This document shows, piece after piece, positions 11,261-24,155 of a stretch of DNA of 64,000 nt. This DNA is from Podarcis melisellensis (lineage: Eukaryota), in the NCBI GenBank assembly GCA_964234715.1, contig OZ174285.1; one strand, given 5' to 3'. A program made the translations under genes and the position numbers. The notes beneath the pieces are model-generated. The model worked only from the letters and a program-made list of their open reading frames with translations. It did not search any database and was not told the origin of the DNA. The first letter of the stretch is position 1; each line of letters starts with the position of its first letter.

Positions 11261-13308
11261 TTTGTTTTTAACACTTGGAGAAGACAATAAGTAAAAGCAA
11301 CTTGAATATTTCATTCATGAGCTGTTCTATCAAATGCATTGCGGTGCTTAAATTAATCAGTTTGCATTACTCCTACGTAATTTTAGCAAGAAATGATTAT
11401 TACAGAAATACTTTATGCAGTTTTCTCAACTGTGGAAATGGCAAGGTTTGTCTTTAGAACAACCTAATGAAGATACTGAAATGCTTTCTAAATTGCGTTT
11501 CGTTTTCTCCAGGCTCTTGATTCATGCACCTGTGGATGTGGGCAATTGCAGGGAGATACAGGGCAGGAGATGAGAGGCCATATGCAACCTCTTTCACTGT
11601 CACTTCTTACTTTAATGAGCCAAAAAATAATTGGACAACTAAGCTATCAGTAAAAGGACACACTTCAACATGAGTCAGTGAATTATTTTGCAGGACAAAC
11701 TTTAATCTTTATATATGATTGTGGATAATTTGTGGTACCATTTATCCAGCTTGAATTGTTTTAGCCTTTTCGGTTGTTATACAGTAAGTACTGCTATGTT
11801 AACATTAACATTTGATATTTTACACATTTAATTCCTGTACTGTTGTGTGTGGTCTTTGGGGAAATGCGCTCCGGTGCTACAAGAGAGAGACAAAGTATTG
11901 ATCAGCTAACATTTCAGCTACATTTATGTATGTCGCAAAATTAATGAAAATGCCAGACAAAAATGTCAGAGTGCACAAAAAGGTAGGATTTGAATTTTGG
12001 TAGTATAATGAAAAGTTTAAGATGAACGTTATCACATGTCTGTTAGCCTGCATTGTGCAGTTCATAACACAATAGCTAAAGGGGAAACACACATTTTACT
12101 GGAGGAGCACTGAACATGAATCTAGAAGGAAATTTAGAAGGAAATATGCAGTCCTGAAAGTAGGTGATGTTCCCAAATTTGGGAAATGTGAGTTCATTTA
12201 TTCTAACATGGCTCAAAATAACAAACAGCATATGCAAAAATGGTGCTTACATTTTCCTCTTCAGTTGGGGAAGTTATGCAGTCCTCTCCTTTCTACTGTA
12301 GCTTATATTCTTCCAAAAACTACTTTTGAAAGTAAAAAAACAAACCCTGTAGTAATAATAATCTTTCTCTGGATTTTCCTAACCGTTTTTTGAGGTATCT
12401 GAGTAAGGCCAACTCATTCAATATTTTTGTTCCTATTGTCAGAGCCAATGCGAGATACTGTTCTGTGTGAGGCAGGCATAGCTTCTATCCCCTACTGCTG
12501 CCACCCCTCTTCACCCCTGCCTACTTACCCATTTAACTTTTTTTAACGTCACTAATGCAGTGTCAGTACTGGCAGTCTCCCCTCTCTCTGGGCAAGGTGT
12601 CCCAGGAGACTGAGTGCCTGTGCTGCAGTGGCTTTATCACCATAGCTAAAAATTCTTTTAAAATTCTAAAAGTTACTTTAGAAACATTAAATTTAAGAGA
12701 GCATGTTTAACTGCTGTGTCAAAGCCACAGTGAGGCAAATGCTCTCCTATTAACAGTTGAGAGATAAGGTTGCGGTTGGTGGGAAGTAGTGGGGGCTGCA
12801 GTGGTGAAGGAAAGGGATTGGGCAGGGTATTGCTCTGGAAAGCCTATAGGAGCCAGGTGTGCATGGCTGACTTCCTTGGGATTTCCAAGAGAGACTGTTC
12901 TGACACAACGGCAGTGGTAGTTCTCTTGTCTTCTGGGCTGTGAGCATGGACCAAGTGACATGCATCAGTTGCTATATAATAGTCCTTCCTTCAGTTATAG
13001 AAAGTTTTCACGATGATGCAACATGAGTATAGCTTTGGGCTGCATAATCTGACAGAAGATAATTCCTTTTGCTGGAATCTAAAGGGTTGCATGTACCGTT
13101 TAACACTTTCACCATTGCCCTTTCCACCACCATGTGTGTCAGCTGAAAAGCTTGTGAGAGTCAGAGGCTCCTCCAGTACAAGAAAGGGGGATATATTGGA
13201 AGGGGCTTGGTAATGCACACACCTGTGTTCGCATAGAAATGCTATCTGCTCTCAGACAGGAGGACTCTTTGGAGACACGGCTTTAAGCTGAAGAAAATGG
13301 CTCGCCAT

Positions 13309-13445
13309 CAGTGCTGTTTTTCTAGAAAAAGGGGTGCCGAAACTCACCATGAACACCTTCTTTGTTCTCTTGTAACACCAATATTGCCTACCTGAGAGGT
13401 GCCGGAACTGAGTTCCGGTTGAATTCCTGCTGAAAAAAAGCCCCG
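13309..13445. mobile_element. 137-bp hAT MITE
   Basis: TIR cagtgctgtttttc ... gaaaaaaagccccg, TSD ctcgccat/cttgccat (7 of 8), internal repeated ggtgccg(g/a)aact motif. Confidence 0.85.
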
Positions 13446-16400
13446 CTTGCCATACTGATTTTATATTGATCAGTATTTAAATGCCCTATTGCCCGCCCCC
13501 CCCGCCCCCAGTTCTGCTAGACGTTTTCTTAGGGATGACAGAAACAAAATGTGCAAGAATCCTGCAGTTTGCTTCATGGTGCAAATGAAGTGCACAGAAG
13601 TTCTTTTTCCTTCAGTAAATTGTGTGCCAGTGACCTAACATGGATGGTTAATGATCAGATTCATACACAAACAAAGCAGTATTTAATGGCAGAATTTGGA
13701 GAGGTATTCCCAACAACTTTGGTGTGCCTAGTGGGATATTTGACTTTGGGCAGTATAATTCCGTGCCATTTCACACATTGCGTCTGCAGACAGGGAGGGG
13801 AGAAAGAAGAAAGGGGGGGAAGTGATTTTTTTTCTTCCTGAAACAACTATTTAAATACATCTTTGTTCTGCACCATAGATTTACTGGCACAGAATCAAAC
13901 ATTTTTTTCTGATCTAAACTCTTGTCATCCCCTAGAAATCACTGTTAGCCTTGCCGAGAGGGGAAAGACAGAAACCTCTTTTTCCCTCAGTGGGCTGACA
14001 CTAGGTAAAGGAGGCAATTTAGACCAGGGAAATACGTGATTTCATACAGTTTAAACAATGATCATTAATAATTTATAAAGTAGGATAAATGGGAGATGTG
14101 GCGTATTTTATTTGATTAAAGAGTATTTAATAACGCAAGTAAGACAACTTGCAAGGAAACAGTTTTGAAACATGTCATGTAAGGAAATACTTTTGCATAT
14201 GGAATGTGTAAAGCTATTTCCTGTGTAATTACATCACTTTAATCTGCAGTTGGTCATACATATAGCGATTGTACAATAAAAGATCCCATCCAACAATAAG
14301 CATGCTTATTTGCTAAATATTCCAACCGAATGCAAAACAGTAAGATAGAGAAATATATATTTAATATGAAATCCCTGCTTGGTTTAGGAATAGGAAACAT
14401 GCTCAGTCAACTTTTTTAAAAAAGGAATATCAAGTGTGCAGCCAAGGAAGAGCTTACTTATCCTTCAGTTTTTCAAAATGTTCCTCTCTGCCAAACTAGT
14501 GCATCAGATCAGTTTCCTTATATATGAAGGAAAGAATTATCTTGATTCTCCGCTTAGGACATCTACCACAGGTAAACATGAGTGTTGAAAGCCCCCCTTC
14601 CTCTGTTTCCAAGTCTTTCTGTGTCCCTTTTCAGGCTCATCTACTTGTTGCCCTAGGCCAATACTGCTTTGCTGACCCGGTCTTCTTTGATGTCCCTCAC
14701 AAACAGTGTCGTTTTCCCCATTTGTTTTCACATTTCCAAGGGCTGCTTTTGTGTTGACTCTTTGGACAGCAGGTGCAATTCCAACTGACAACAATTCTTC
14801 ATTAAAACAGAGTGCAATCTAGGCTGTATGTTTGCCTAGATTCCTTAATTAAAGAGTTAAATAAGTAGCCGGCGAAAGTTTTAGAGAAGACTCTAGGACA
14901 GGCAATATTCTTTTGCTCTTGAAAACTAGATGTGTGCAATTCTCAGTGTTAAATTAGACATTAGAGCTAGGTTACCATTGAGAAAGAGTAGATCTTGCCT
15001 TGTTATTCAAAGCAAGCACCCAACTGGATGTTGTTGGACAGCAGATTTGAAATTAATCTCCTTCCAGAAGAGAGTAATCTAATTTACAGTGTGAGAATCT
15101 GGATGATTAGACGTGGTTTTGTGGGGGGGGGGGGGTTGCCTGAAATGGAGATTTCTTTCAGAAGTATTTTTCTGTAGAATTGGTGGGAAATGCTGTTTCG
15201 TGGATGTTTTCAGAACTGAAGGTCTGCATTTTATAATCATTAATGTATTTGAAGGAGAGTACATATAATACTCTACAAAGCAGAATGTTGATCAAATTCA
15301 TGATACATTTTTTAAAAAACAAACCCTAACAGTCATTAGCTCAGAAAAAGTGAACTTTCTGTTAAAGGGCAATGCAAAATTGGAATACAGTGAAACTGCA
15401 ATTAATGTCTACCTCACAGTAGCCTTTATTGCTTTCCAGAACTATATTGTCAACATGATTAGGCATGTCTGTATTCATATTATAATGGATCACCTTCCTT
15501 AACTAGAAATAAGTCATTAATGGGCCAATTCAAGTTTTCTCTGCCTCATTAAAAAGATAAAGCTAAAAAACCCCACCTCTTTTTGACTAATCTTGTATCA
15601 GTTAAATCCTGCATATTTATTACTTACAACATAAGTATTCCCCCATATGGAAGAAATGTGTAGAATCCATTCTAGGGTGTATTTGACTTCCTAGTAAAAC
15701 GCAACATTTGATAAAAATCCAAAGTATTCATGTTGGCCTACAAGGAATATCCATAATGGCATTGCCATACTCTGTGTTTTGGATTGTTTGAGAATTTTGC
15801 TTTGAACAGCTTTTGTGTTTCCCCATGTAAACTTAAGCAAGTAAGTAAATGCTGTGTGTGTGCGTGTGTGTTTGTGCAACCATTGGATCAATTTCAGCCC
15901 CCCTCCTCCTAATTTTTCTTCCATAAGAATCTGTATGTCACATGTCAATAAGTAATGCATATTACTCTGCTATAAGATTGTCACCAACTTTTCTCTGTTA
16001 ATGAAAGCAGTGTGTGTGGGCAGCATCTCTCTCCCTCTCTCTTCGCTGCCTGTTTATAATGGGTGGGGTGGGGGAAGAGAGTCTTCTCTTTCATTCTGTG
16101 TAGTGTTTAATCCCAGGGATTCTCTCCACATCATCCCTGCCAGGGTGGTTTAGCTAGCTAGCAACATTTCATTAGCTTCATTTCCTCCCCACTTTTCCTG
16201 CCACAACGCTGTGCAACTCCCAACCCTTCACTCTTTCCTTCTCTGCAATCTTCCACTTGTTGTGCATAAGATCAAGGCAAAACTTGCACACTGGAGTGCT
16301 TTCAGAGCTATGATGGGATAGTAAAATCTGTTGCTTCCCCCCTCCTCCAAAAAAACCCAGGAATTGGTAGGAGGCTTGTGTGCCTACACCAACCAAATTG

Positions 16401-18344
16401 GCAAGCGTACAATGGCTCTAGTTTAAAACAAAGCCTATTAGAGGTACAAATAATTATTATTTAAACTCCCTTGGTAAATTGTGGATTATTGGAATTCTTG
16501 ATGAAACAGACTGCAAGATTTTGTATTGACTGAAAGAAGCTCTAATGCAAAAGAACAACAACCCACTATATGCTTAAGATGACTGCAGATTTGAGAAGGA
16601 GTCTGCCTCCCTCATGTTGTACTATTAGCATAGAAAACATGAATTAATAAAAAAATGTCACAATGTTACATAATGTTAACAATTAACAGTGTGAGGACTC
16701 ATTAACAGTACTCTTAGCACTCAACTTTTAAGTAAATTGTCACATTTCTAACCATGAATTTATAACACTTCACAGATTTAGTTTCAACCAAAAAATTAAT
16801 TTGGCTAGCTAAATGCTAACACTTTTTTGTGGCTGATAGCAATTAAGCATTTTTGATGCATTGTATAGTATTCAAACCTGTTTATTTTCAAAGCTTAGAA
16901 AGAACTGTGAAACTAATAACAACTGAGTTATGAGAATGCGTTGTTTCTTTATGTGTCCTAATGCTACAGTTGTTCACTGTATATCATCTTACTATCAGCC
17001 TTTATAAAATGTATCCATTTCAGCGATGGATCATTTGAGCATGCCTATGCAATTCACAATTGAAAACTCTGGCAGCCCTATCTAGTACTACCAAAATGAT
17101 ATCAATGAACTGGATGGAGTTACCTACCACAGGAACAATTACCCGATCGGGGTCAAATACCCTTCCACCTTTCTACCTGAACACCTGCAAATTGAGCTGT
17201 GTCCCATTCAGAATTTTAAGAACAGAGCCATTGTCAGGGAAGTAGTTTGTTTCTGGGAGAAAATTATGCCAGTTCTCTTTTAAATGAAAGACAAGTCTGT
17301 TGTTACTTAAGGGATATTAGGCTTCACTGCATTTTTGAGGAAAACAAATTTGCTGTAACTTTATCTGTAATGTAGTACTGAATAGGTGCAAATAGGCTCT
17401 ACATTGTATGTAGCAGAGCAGGGGAAATAAGGGTTTGTTAATACCATAAAAGGGATTTGTAACCATTATATTTCTAAGGAACTGCTTTATCAGAGTCTGG
17501 GTTATAGGGGAAATGTTTTAGTTACAGCCTTAACATTAAATGCTTGCCTTGTATTTTACTCAAATGTAGTCTAAAAGAAGCAGGATTTTGTCTGTTCTGC
17601 TCTGCTCACTTAGTGAAATCACAAATTTCCTGAAAGTAAACAGGCTTATAATCTTCCATTTAGTGTTTTTAGCTAGCCAAGGATTACAGCACAGACTAAA
17701 CCAAATTAATCATTCCCAAAACTGAACATTGATTTGTTTTGTGCTATGATTTTAGTTTATTCATTTAGTAAGTAGCTGCTGATTTCACTATTTCAGTTTT
17801 TATTTTTTTTAAATACAACTTTAAATGCAGTTAAAATGCACCAGCGAATTAATTTCCCATTTACTCAGAGAAAATATTTGAAGCTAAATATTTTCCTTAG
17901 TGTTTCACTGGGTTATTTTACTTGGCTCATTCAAAACACCTTCTGTATCTAATATTAACAATACATCTTGACTTCACCATAGCAGTTTATTCATATAGAA
18001 AACAAGACAAAACAAATAGTATAGAGAATACTTTATCTTCATGAAAAGTGTGTTGCTGAGTTGTCTTTAGTTTCTTTTTTTTTAAAGTACGACTGTGAAG
18101 TGAAACTACTAAATTTATTGAGAGATATTTGTGAGTGGAGTCTACCTTATATATTTCAGGAAGCAGCCCTGAGAGTCAGAGGAAGGGCAGGTGAACAGTT
18201 GTACCTGCTAAACCCAAGAGTCAATTAACTCAGCCATTTTTCACCATAGTTTTCAGGATCATGCATGCAGAATATATGTAAACCAAGATTTGTGTGAAAT
18301 TGCTGGTTATGAAATAAAGATAATAGAGATTTGTACACTTCAAA

Positions 18345-18660
18345 AGACTGAACCTGCATTTCTCTGTACACTTACTTGGGAGTAAGCCTGTTGAGGTTGG
18401 TGGGACTTGCTTTTAAGTAAACATGATTAGGAACAACCTGTAATGGTGTGAACGTTTACTTAAAAAACAAATCTCACTGAGTATTTGAGTATTTATTTCT
18501 GGGTTAGAAGTTTATTTTAGGACCAAACTATTAATCAGTAACCGTATGAAAAATTTCTTGGGAGTAAATTCCACTAAAAGTTAGACCTGTAAGTAAATGG
18601 GACTTGGCAGTAAAAGTGCAACCCAGAGCCCCTATAATATGTGGGATTTCAGTATATTGA
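18345..18660. mobile_element. Cluster of decayed ~90-bp palindromic MITE-like repeats
   Basis: Repeated units such as acttacttgggagtaagcc...gggacttgcttttaagtaaacatg and cttgggagtaaattccact...gggacttg. A similar unit lies near 45085-45160. Confidence 0.5.
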
Positions 18661-20449
18661 GAATAAAAGTGTTGGTTGCCTGAACAGAATCGTGCCACAT
18701 CTTCTGTGCCCTTTTCTGTCAGTAGCAAGATGCAAAAAGCGCTTCTTGACTGACAGAATGGATCCATATTTACCATGATGTTGAAGCTGTCTGTATTTAG
18801 ATCTAGAAATAAAAGTTATCCATTAAAATGGCATTATATATGTTTCTGCTGTAAAAGTTAGAAAGTATAATTTAATTGCCATACCACTAAAAACCATTTT
18901 ATGTCCAGGATGGATGAGGCACAATTTTAGTGAGATTTAAAGTACAAAGCAGCATAGGCAAACCAGATTAAAGAATGATTTATTATATTTGGGTTTTCAC
19001 TTTTATTCACCTTTAAGACATCTATTTTAAAAGAAAGTTTAAAAATAATCTTGATAACCAGAACAAATGATAAAAATGAGACATCGAATTCGTAAAGGCT
19101 TTATAACTTTATGACAAGTAATTCATCTTTTGGGGTTAGTATAGCATTCTGCACCAACATATGACTCATAATTGACAATCTCAGTTGTGTATTTGTTCTT
19201 TTATGGATTTTAAAGACTGAATAATGCTAAAGATCAGAAATCTTCTGGAAAACCCATGCATTAGTTATTATTTTTCAAGAAACATTGTTAAAAGTTTTAA
19301 AAGGTAGTGATCCTTCTTTTTATGCAGAGAGAAATTTTGTGGGAAGACAGAGTTGTCATTAGAAATATGGAAATAATTCATGTCTCATTTCATACGCATT
19401 TTGAAACATGGAGCTTCTGAGAACTAATGTAGAATTTCAGCAGAGTTTATAAGCACACTGAAGTAATCTCTAAAAATATGTAATTGGCCAAGAATTGATG
19501 TTCACATGTGAAATCCAGTTTTGAGGCTGACTTTTCCTCTTAGTATTTCAGTGGGCACAGTTCTCCTGTATAATTTAAGGATCTGTGTTGATCGTTTTAA
19601 GACTAGCCCTATTCATTTAAAAATCTGTTAAAATGTTTTTTTTTAGTTTGTATTTTTGCATTTTGTATTTTCCTTAAAAAAATAATAATTATAAATTGTT
19701 GTAAATTTCAATACAGTTGAATTGGTTTTTTCTAATACAGTCCTCTTGAAAGCCTATAATATTGCCTCCCACCAAATATATTCACCATGATTTCAGTACA
19801 AATAAAAATGGCACTTAAAAAAAGTCAGCCCAATAAAGAAGTTTTTGCTAAGTAGGCATAATGCATTTTTAAAAATTAAGTATTAAGTAAAAATGCATTT
19901 CTCAGTTACGAATTGCAATCATTTCATTATAATGAATACATTTATTTATTTATTTATTTTATTTAAAAAGTTTGCTCTTTAAATATTTCTAAAGCATTTT
20001 TTTAAAATTGTGATTAGATTATTAGGTCAAAAATCTGCAGATTTCCATCCTGATTTTTTTAAGCTGAATAGAATAAATTTACAGCAATATAAAGTGAATG
20101 TTTTTTTAAAAAATATATATTCAGCAGTGTTTGCATTTAGATGGCACTCTTTCTTGATTTTAGACTCTTAAATAAGATTAGTGGAATTGAACTGTTACTG
20201 TAAAATCTGTATGCATACAATACTTCAGGCTGCAGTAGTCTTAAAACAAATATTAAACCTATTGATAGTTCTTTTGAATTATTTTAAAAAGAGTTTGTTT
20301 AATCAGTAATATGTATTGACATAGTTAATTTGCACATTTAATAGAATAAGAAATGTGAAGTGAAAATGTTGAATTCAGCTCACAGCTGTTTTACAGAGAA
20401 AAGCCATCTCGTACCGATGTTGAAAACTAACGAAGTGGGTAAATTCTTT

Positions 20450-20575
20450 GGGTGATATTCAGCTAAGTCATATTCAGAGTAGACCCCCATTGAACTCTGA
20501 GCATGACAGACAATGGATATCACCCGTTGATTTTAATGGGCTTACTCTGAGTATGACTCTCATCGGATAGCACTC
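20450..20575. mobile_element. Palindromic Harbinger-like MITE
   Basis: Arms agtcatattcagagtagaccc and gggcttactctgagtatgact, with a gggtgatattc terminus. Confidence 0.7.
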
Positions 20576-23500
20576 TTCATCATTTGCACAAAAAGCCTCC
20601 AACACGTATAGATCCTGCCCACTATTTAATAAAATTCATTTATTATATGTAGTTTGGAAATATTTTTAAGATGCTACTGTGTCCGTTAATGACAAAATGT
20701 AGTGATTCTGTACAATGCATTAATTGTCTTTCTGAAACAGGTGTAGCTGATGCCCTGATTATGCTTAAACTATTCTAGGAGATAGTATTTAGAAGTCAGC
20801 CTGATTCAAAGGCACCTTTTGTAGTTGCAGGAATGCTGAGATATTCGTAGAGATCTTCTGCATGTAAGTGATTTTCCCATTCACTTTCCTGTTAAGAGGA
20901 GTTCTGGCCAGGCATCTCCACTACATCCCCTCTCCTTGATGGAATTTCAATGTAGGAGCATTAGATCATGATCAGTAAGCACCAGCGGCCGAAGAGTATC
21001 AGTGTCTTCCCCCACCCCCCAATTTTTAAGCTTTCCTATATCTTTGTTGTAGAATGCTAGCTTGCCTTGTTTCCTTGAGTTCACTAACTGCACTTTTAGA
21101 AAATGCAAAATAAGAGAAACTCGTAAAAGCAAATGTGTGTTAATATTGGATTAACGGGGGTGGGGGGAGAGAACAGTTTAAATGTTGGGATGGGGAGCTA
21201 GACAAAAAATAAAAATAAGGCCATTCTAAAAACTGTGTATAATAAGCAAAACAAACCTTTTATACATCTGCTATGTCGATATTTTAATATGGGGCGTTGT
21301 GGTGATTTTAAAAATTTCCGTCTTGTCTGTTGAACAAAATAACCATTAAATGCTGTTCTTCATTTGAGCCTGTAGGTAGCACTGTTGCCTCACAAAAGCA
21401 ATGATCTTTCAAAGAGGCACAGCCTGTTTTATTTATTTATTTAATCTTGGTAGCCTAAATCCTAGCTAGCAGTACATTTGCATAATTTCCAGACTTTCAT
21501 GATGATCTGTGCTATTACAACAAGTGGCCTAAATATTGTCTTGGCCTTGGTGGGTCTCTCTTTCAAAGATGTTGTGTTCTGTTCTTTCCCTCTGTGATCT
21601 GATGGAGCCTCAGCTCAGCACCAAAGCCCAGTATGCTATTTGAAATCCCGAAAGTTACAGTGATAAGCTATCTGAAAAGAAAATTCTTTTTTAATGCATT
21701 GCTTTTCAGATACAAATGCATCTGTGGGGTTCTCTCTTAACGTTCTGCATTCCATTTTCTTCTTTATACAAAACACTATTCAGCGCTTGCTTTATTTTCA
21801 ACTCACTAATGAGGTAAATGAAGTCTCAATCTCTTAATCTTGCTTTTCTTTTCATCTCCGGACACGGCCACCTACAGTATTTCCATTAACTTGTGTGAGA
21901 ACTGGATTGGTTCGTATGAGAGTGGCATATAGCAGTAGTAAGCGGTCCCTGCACGGCGCTTACGCCATTTATTAACTAGTACTCTGAAGTTAGCAGCATG
22001 TGTGAATAACAGTTGCTGTTTGGAGAGTTCCCTGGTAAATGCTGTGAATAACCGCTGTAGGGTGAAACAACATAATTCAAAGCTTGCACGTTCGTAATTC
22101 TCCCAGAAGGGATGCATTGTCTTAAAATTTCCCAGAATGGCTAGTAAACAGTACACCAGCTACCAGAGTGCATCTTTGTCCAAGGTTCACATGGCTTTAC
22201 CAGTGGCACTTTGAATCATCAAAATAGCCTTTTTTTTTTTACTAGAGGGATTGTTCTGTCCCTTAATACGTACTTTCTTTTAGATCCATTATACCCATAA
22301 TCAGTATATGCTACCAAAGGAGATTTAGTTATTATTCTAACTAGCAATCATAGCTTCCCTGAATGAAAATTTGGAGCTTTATTCTATTTTATTAACAACA
22401 AAGCAGAGAAAAATACTGTTTTGAAGTTATCATAGATTTGTTATATCTTGTCTCTAAGGAAGATGGCCTTTAACGATTACAATAGTTTCCTTTTATTCAT
22501 TTGTTTTTTTGGTTAACATAAGGCAGCTGTGAGTATAAAATTCATTGAAATTCACTAAGTGGGATTCAAAAAAAAACTTACAAAGGCCTATTAATGTGCA
22601 TCTTTATTATTCCTTTGTCAGTGTGCTGCACCATGGGAGACTTGAGAAGGGAACACTACAGCCTTCTATGAACAAGCTGTTTTCTAATCATATTATCTGT
22701 GCATTTGTGCGTATACTAGAACATGCAAAGTCAAATGCAGGTGGGAGGGAGCTAACCTTTGACTCACTGTAGCAGCAAAAATATTTCAGGCTATCAGCAT
22801 GGGAGTTTTCAGCTTTTCATTGTCTCAATAGAATAGAAGGTATCTTTATCTTGAAGGCGAAGAGCACAAATAGATCCCCTGTGTATGCTGTACCACTGTT
22901 TGCATGGATTCTTATAAAATGTGAACCTTGCAATTTGAAAAATTAGTGAGGGAATTCAAGCATAAAAGAAACCGAGAAAAAGTATTATGCTATCTTATCT
23001 GAGTGAATGCAATAAGGTTAACAACGAGAGCCTCTCTTGCCTTTTTGGGGTGTGTATGTGATAGGTTCTCCTTTCTCTTTTTCTTCTCCCCCCGCTGCCT
23101 CCGCCCCAATTTTCACTGTCACTAGCGAAGTTAGAACAACTGGTGTTCACAAAAATGTTCATAGCTTTATTAGTCAGAGAAGGGAGACCATTTCCATTAT
23201 AGAGGGCCCCAAAGAATGAATAAGAGCTGTTGAATGCCTGGGCTCCATTGAACAGGAACACAAACTGATGTAAAGGAATCTTCTATCTATACATAATGAA
23301 ATCTTCACAATGTTGTCTTTTTTTTTCCCTTGTGGAAAGCGCCCAATACAATATGCTATAGCAATAATGATTTTTTGTGTGTGTGTCTACAAAGTTATAA
23401 AGCTTTTATTTACATGAGAAATAGCTAAGCCAAGTAGGTTTCTTAATTTTGAAAATAAGTAAATAAAAAACTGCCCTCGCCTAGTAATTTGGCAAAGTAA

Positions 23501-23799
23501 AAAGAAATGGGGGCAGGGGAGGGCTGTTGGTAACCATAAATGCTGCTAGGATTCAAAGAGTTACCAATCACTTATGCCAGCTCAGTAAGCTTTGCGGCTT
23601 TCTTCATCTGCCTGCAACATATATGCACTGGGTGGCAGTCCAGAAGAGGCTCCAACTTTTCAGGTGATGCAGGAGGGCTTCAGTACGAAGGTAGTGGGCT
23701 CAGAAGCCCCTGGCTCAATTGTGCTTTGTAGAAAATGTAGAATTGGATGTAATTTAAGCAGTGGCAAAACACAGGTGATATTATGATCCTATATTATTT

Positions 23800-24155
23800 A
23801 GCTGAAATAGCGGTCTTGCAGCCCTTTAAACATTAACAAATCAATTGTGACATAAGCTTTCATGGTCTGGAATCCACTTCATCAGATGCATGAAGTGTTA
23901 TCTTCAACTGGCAGGTGTATATACATATGGGTGTTGAGAAAGGAAAATTATAAATAGTAGGGTCAAATAGTAATGAAATGCAAAAATGCAACAGTCTGTG
24001 TACTTTGACCCTACTGTTTACATGTCATGCATCTGATGAAGTGGACTTGAGTCCACTAAAATTTATGCCATAATAAATGTGTTTAGTTCTGAAGGTGCTG
24101 CAAAACTCTTCACTGGTTTTGCTACAACAGATTTGCATGGCTACCCTTCTGGGAG
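23800..24155. mobile_element. Inverted pair of Penelope-like element terminal repeats with hammerhead-like cores
   Basis: tcatgcatctgatgaagtgga on + at 24025 and on - ending at 23893. The + copy continues ttatgccataataaat...gaaggtgctgcaaaactct...catggctacccttctgg, the typical reptile Penelope end as recalled. Confidence 0.8.
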
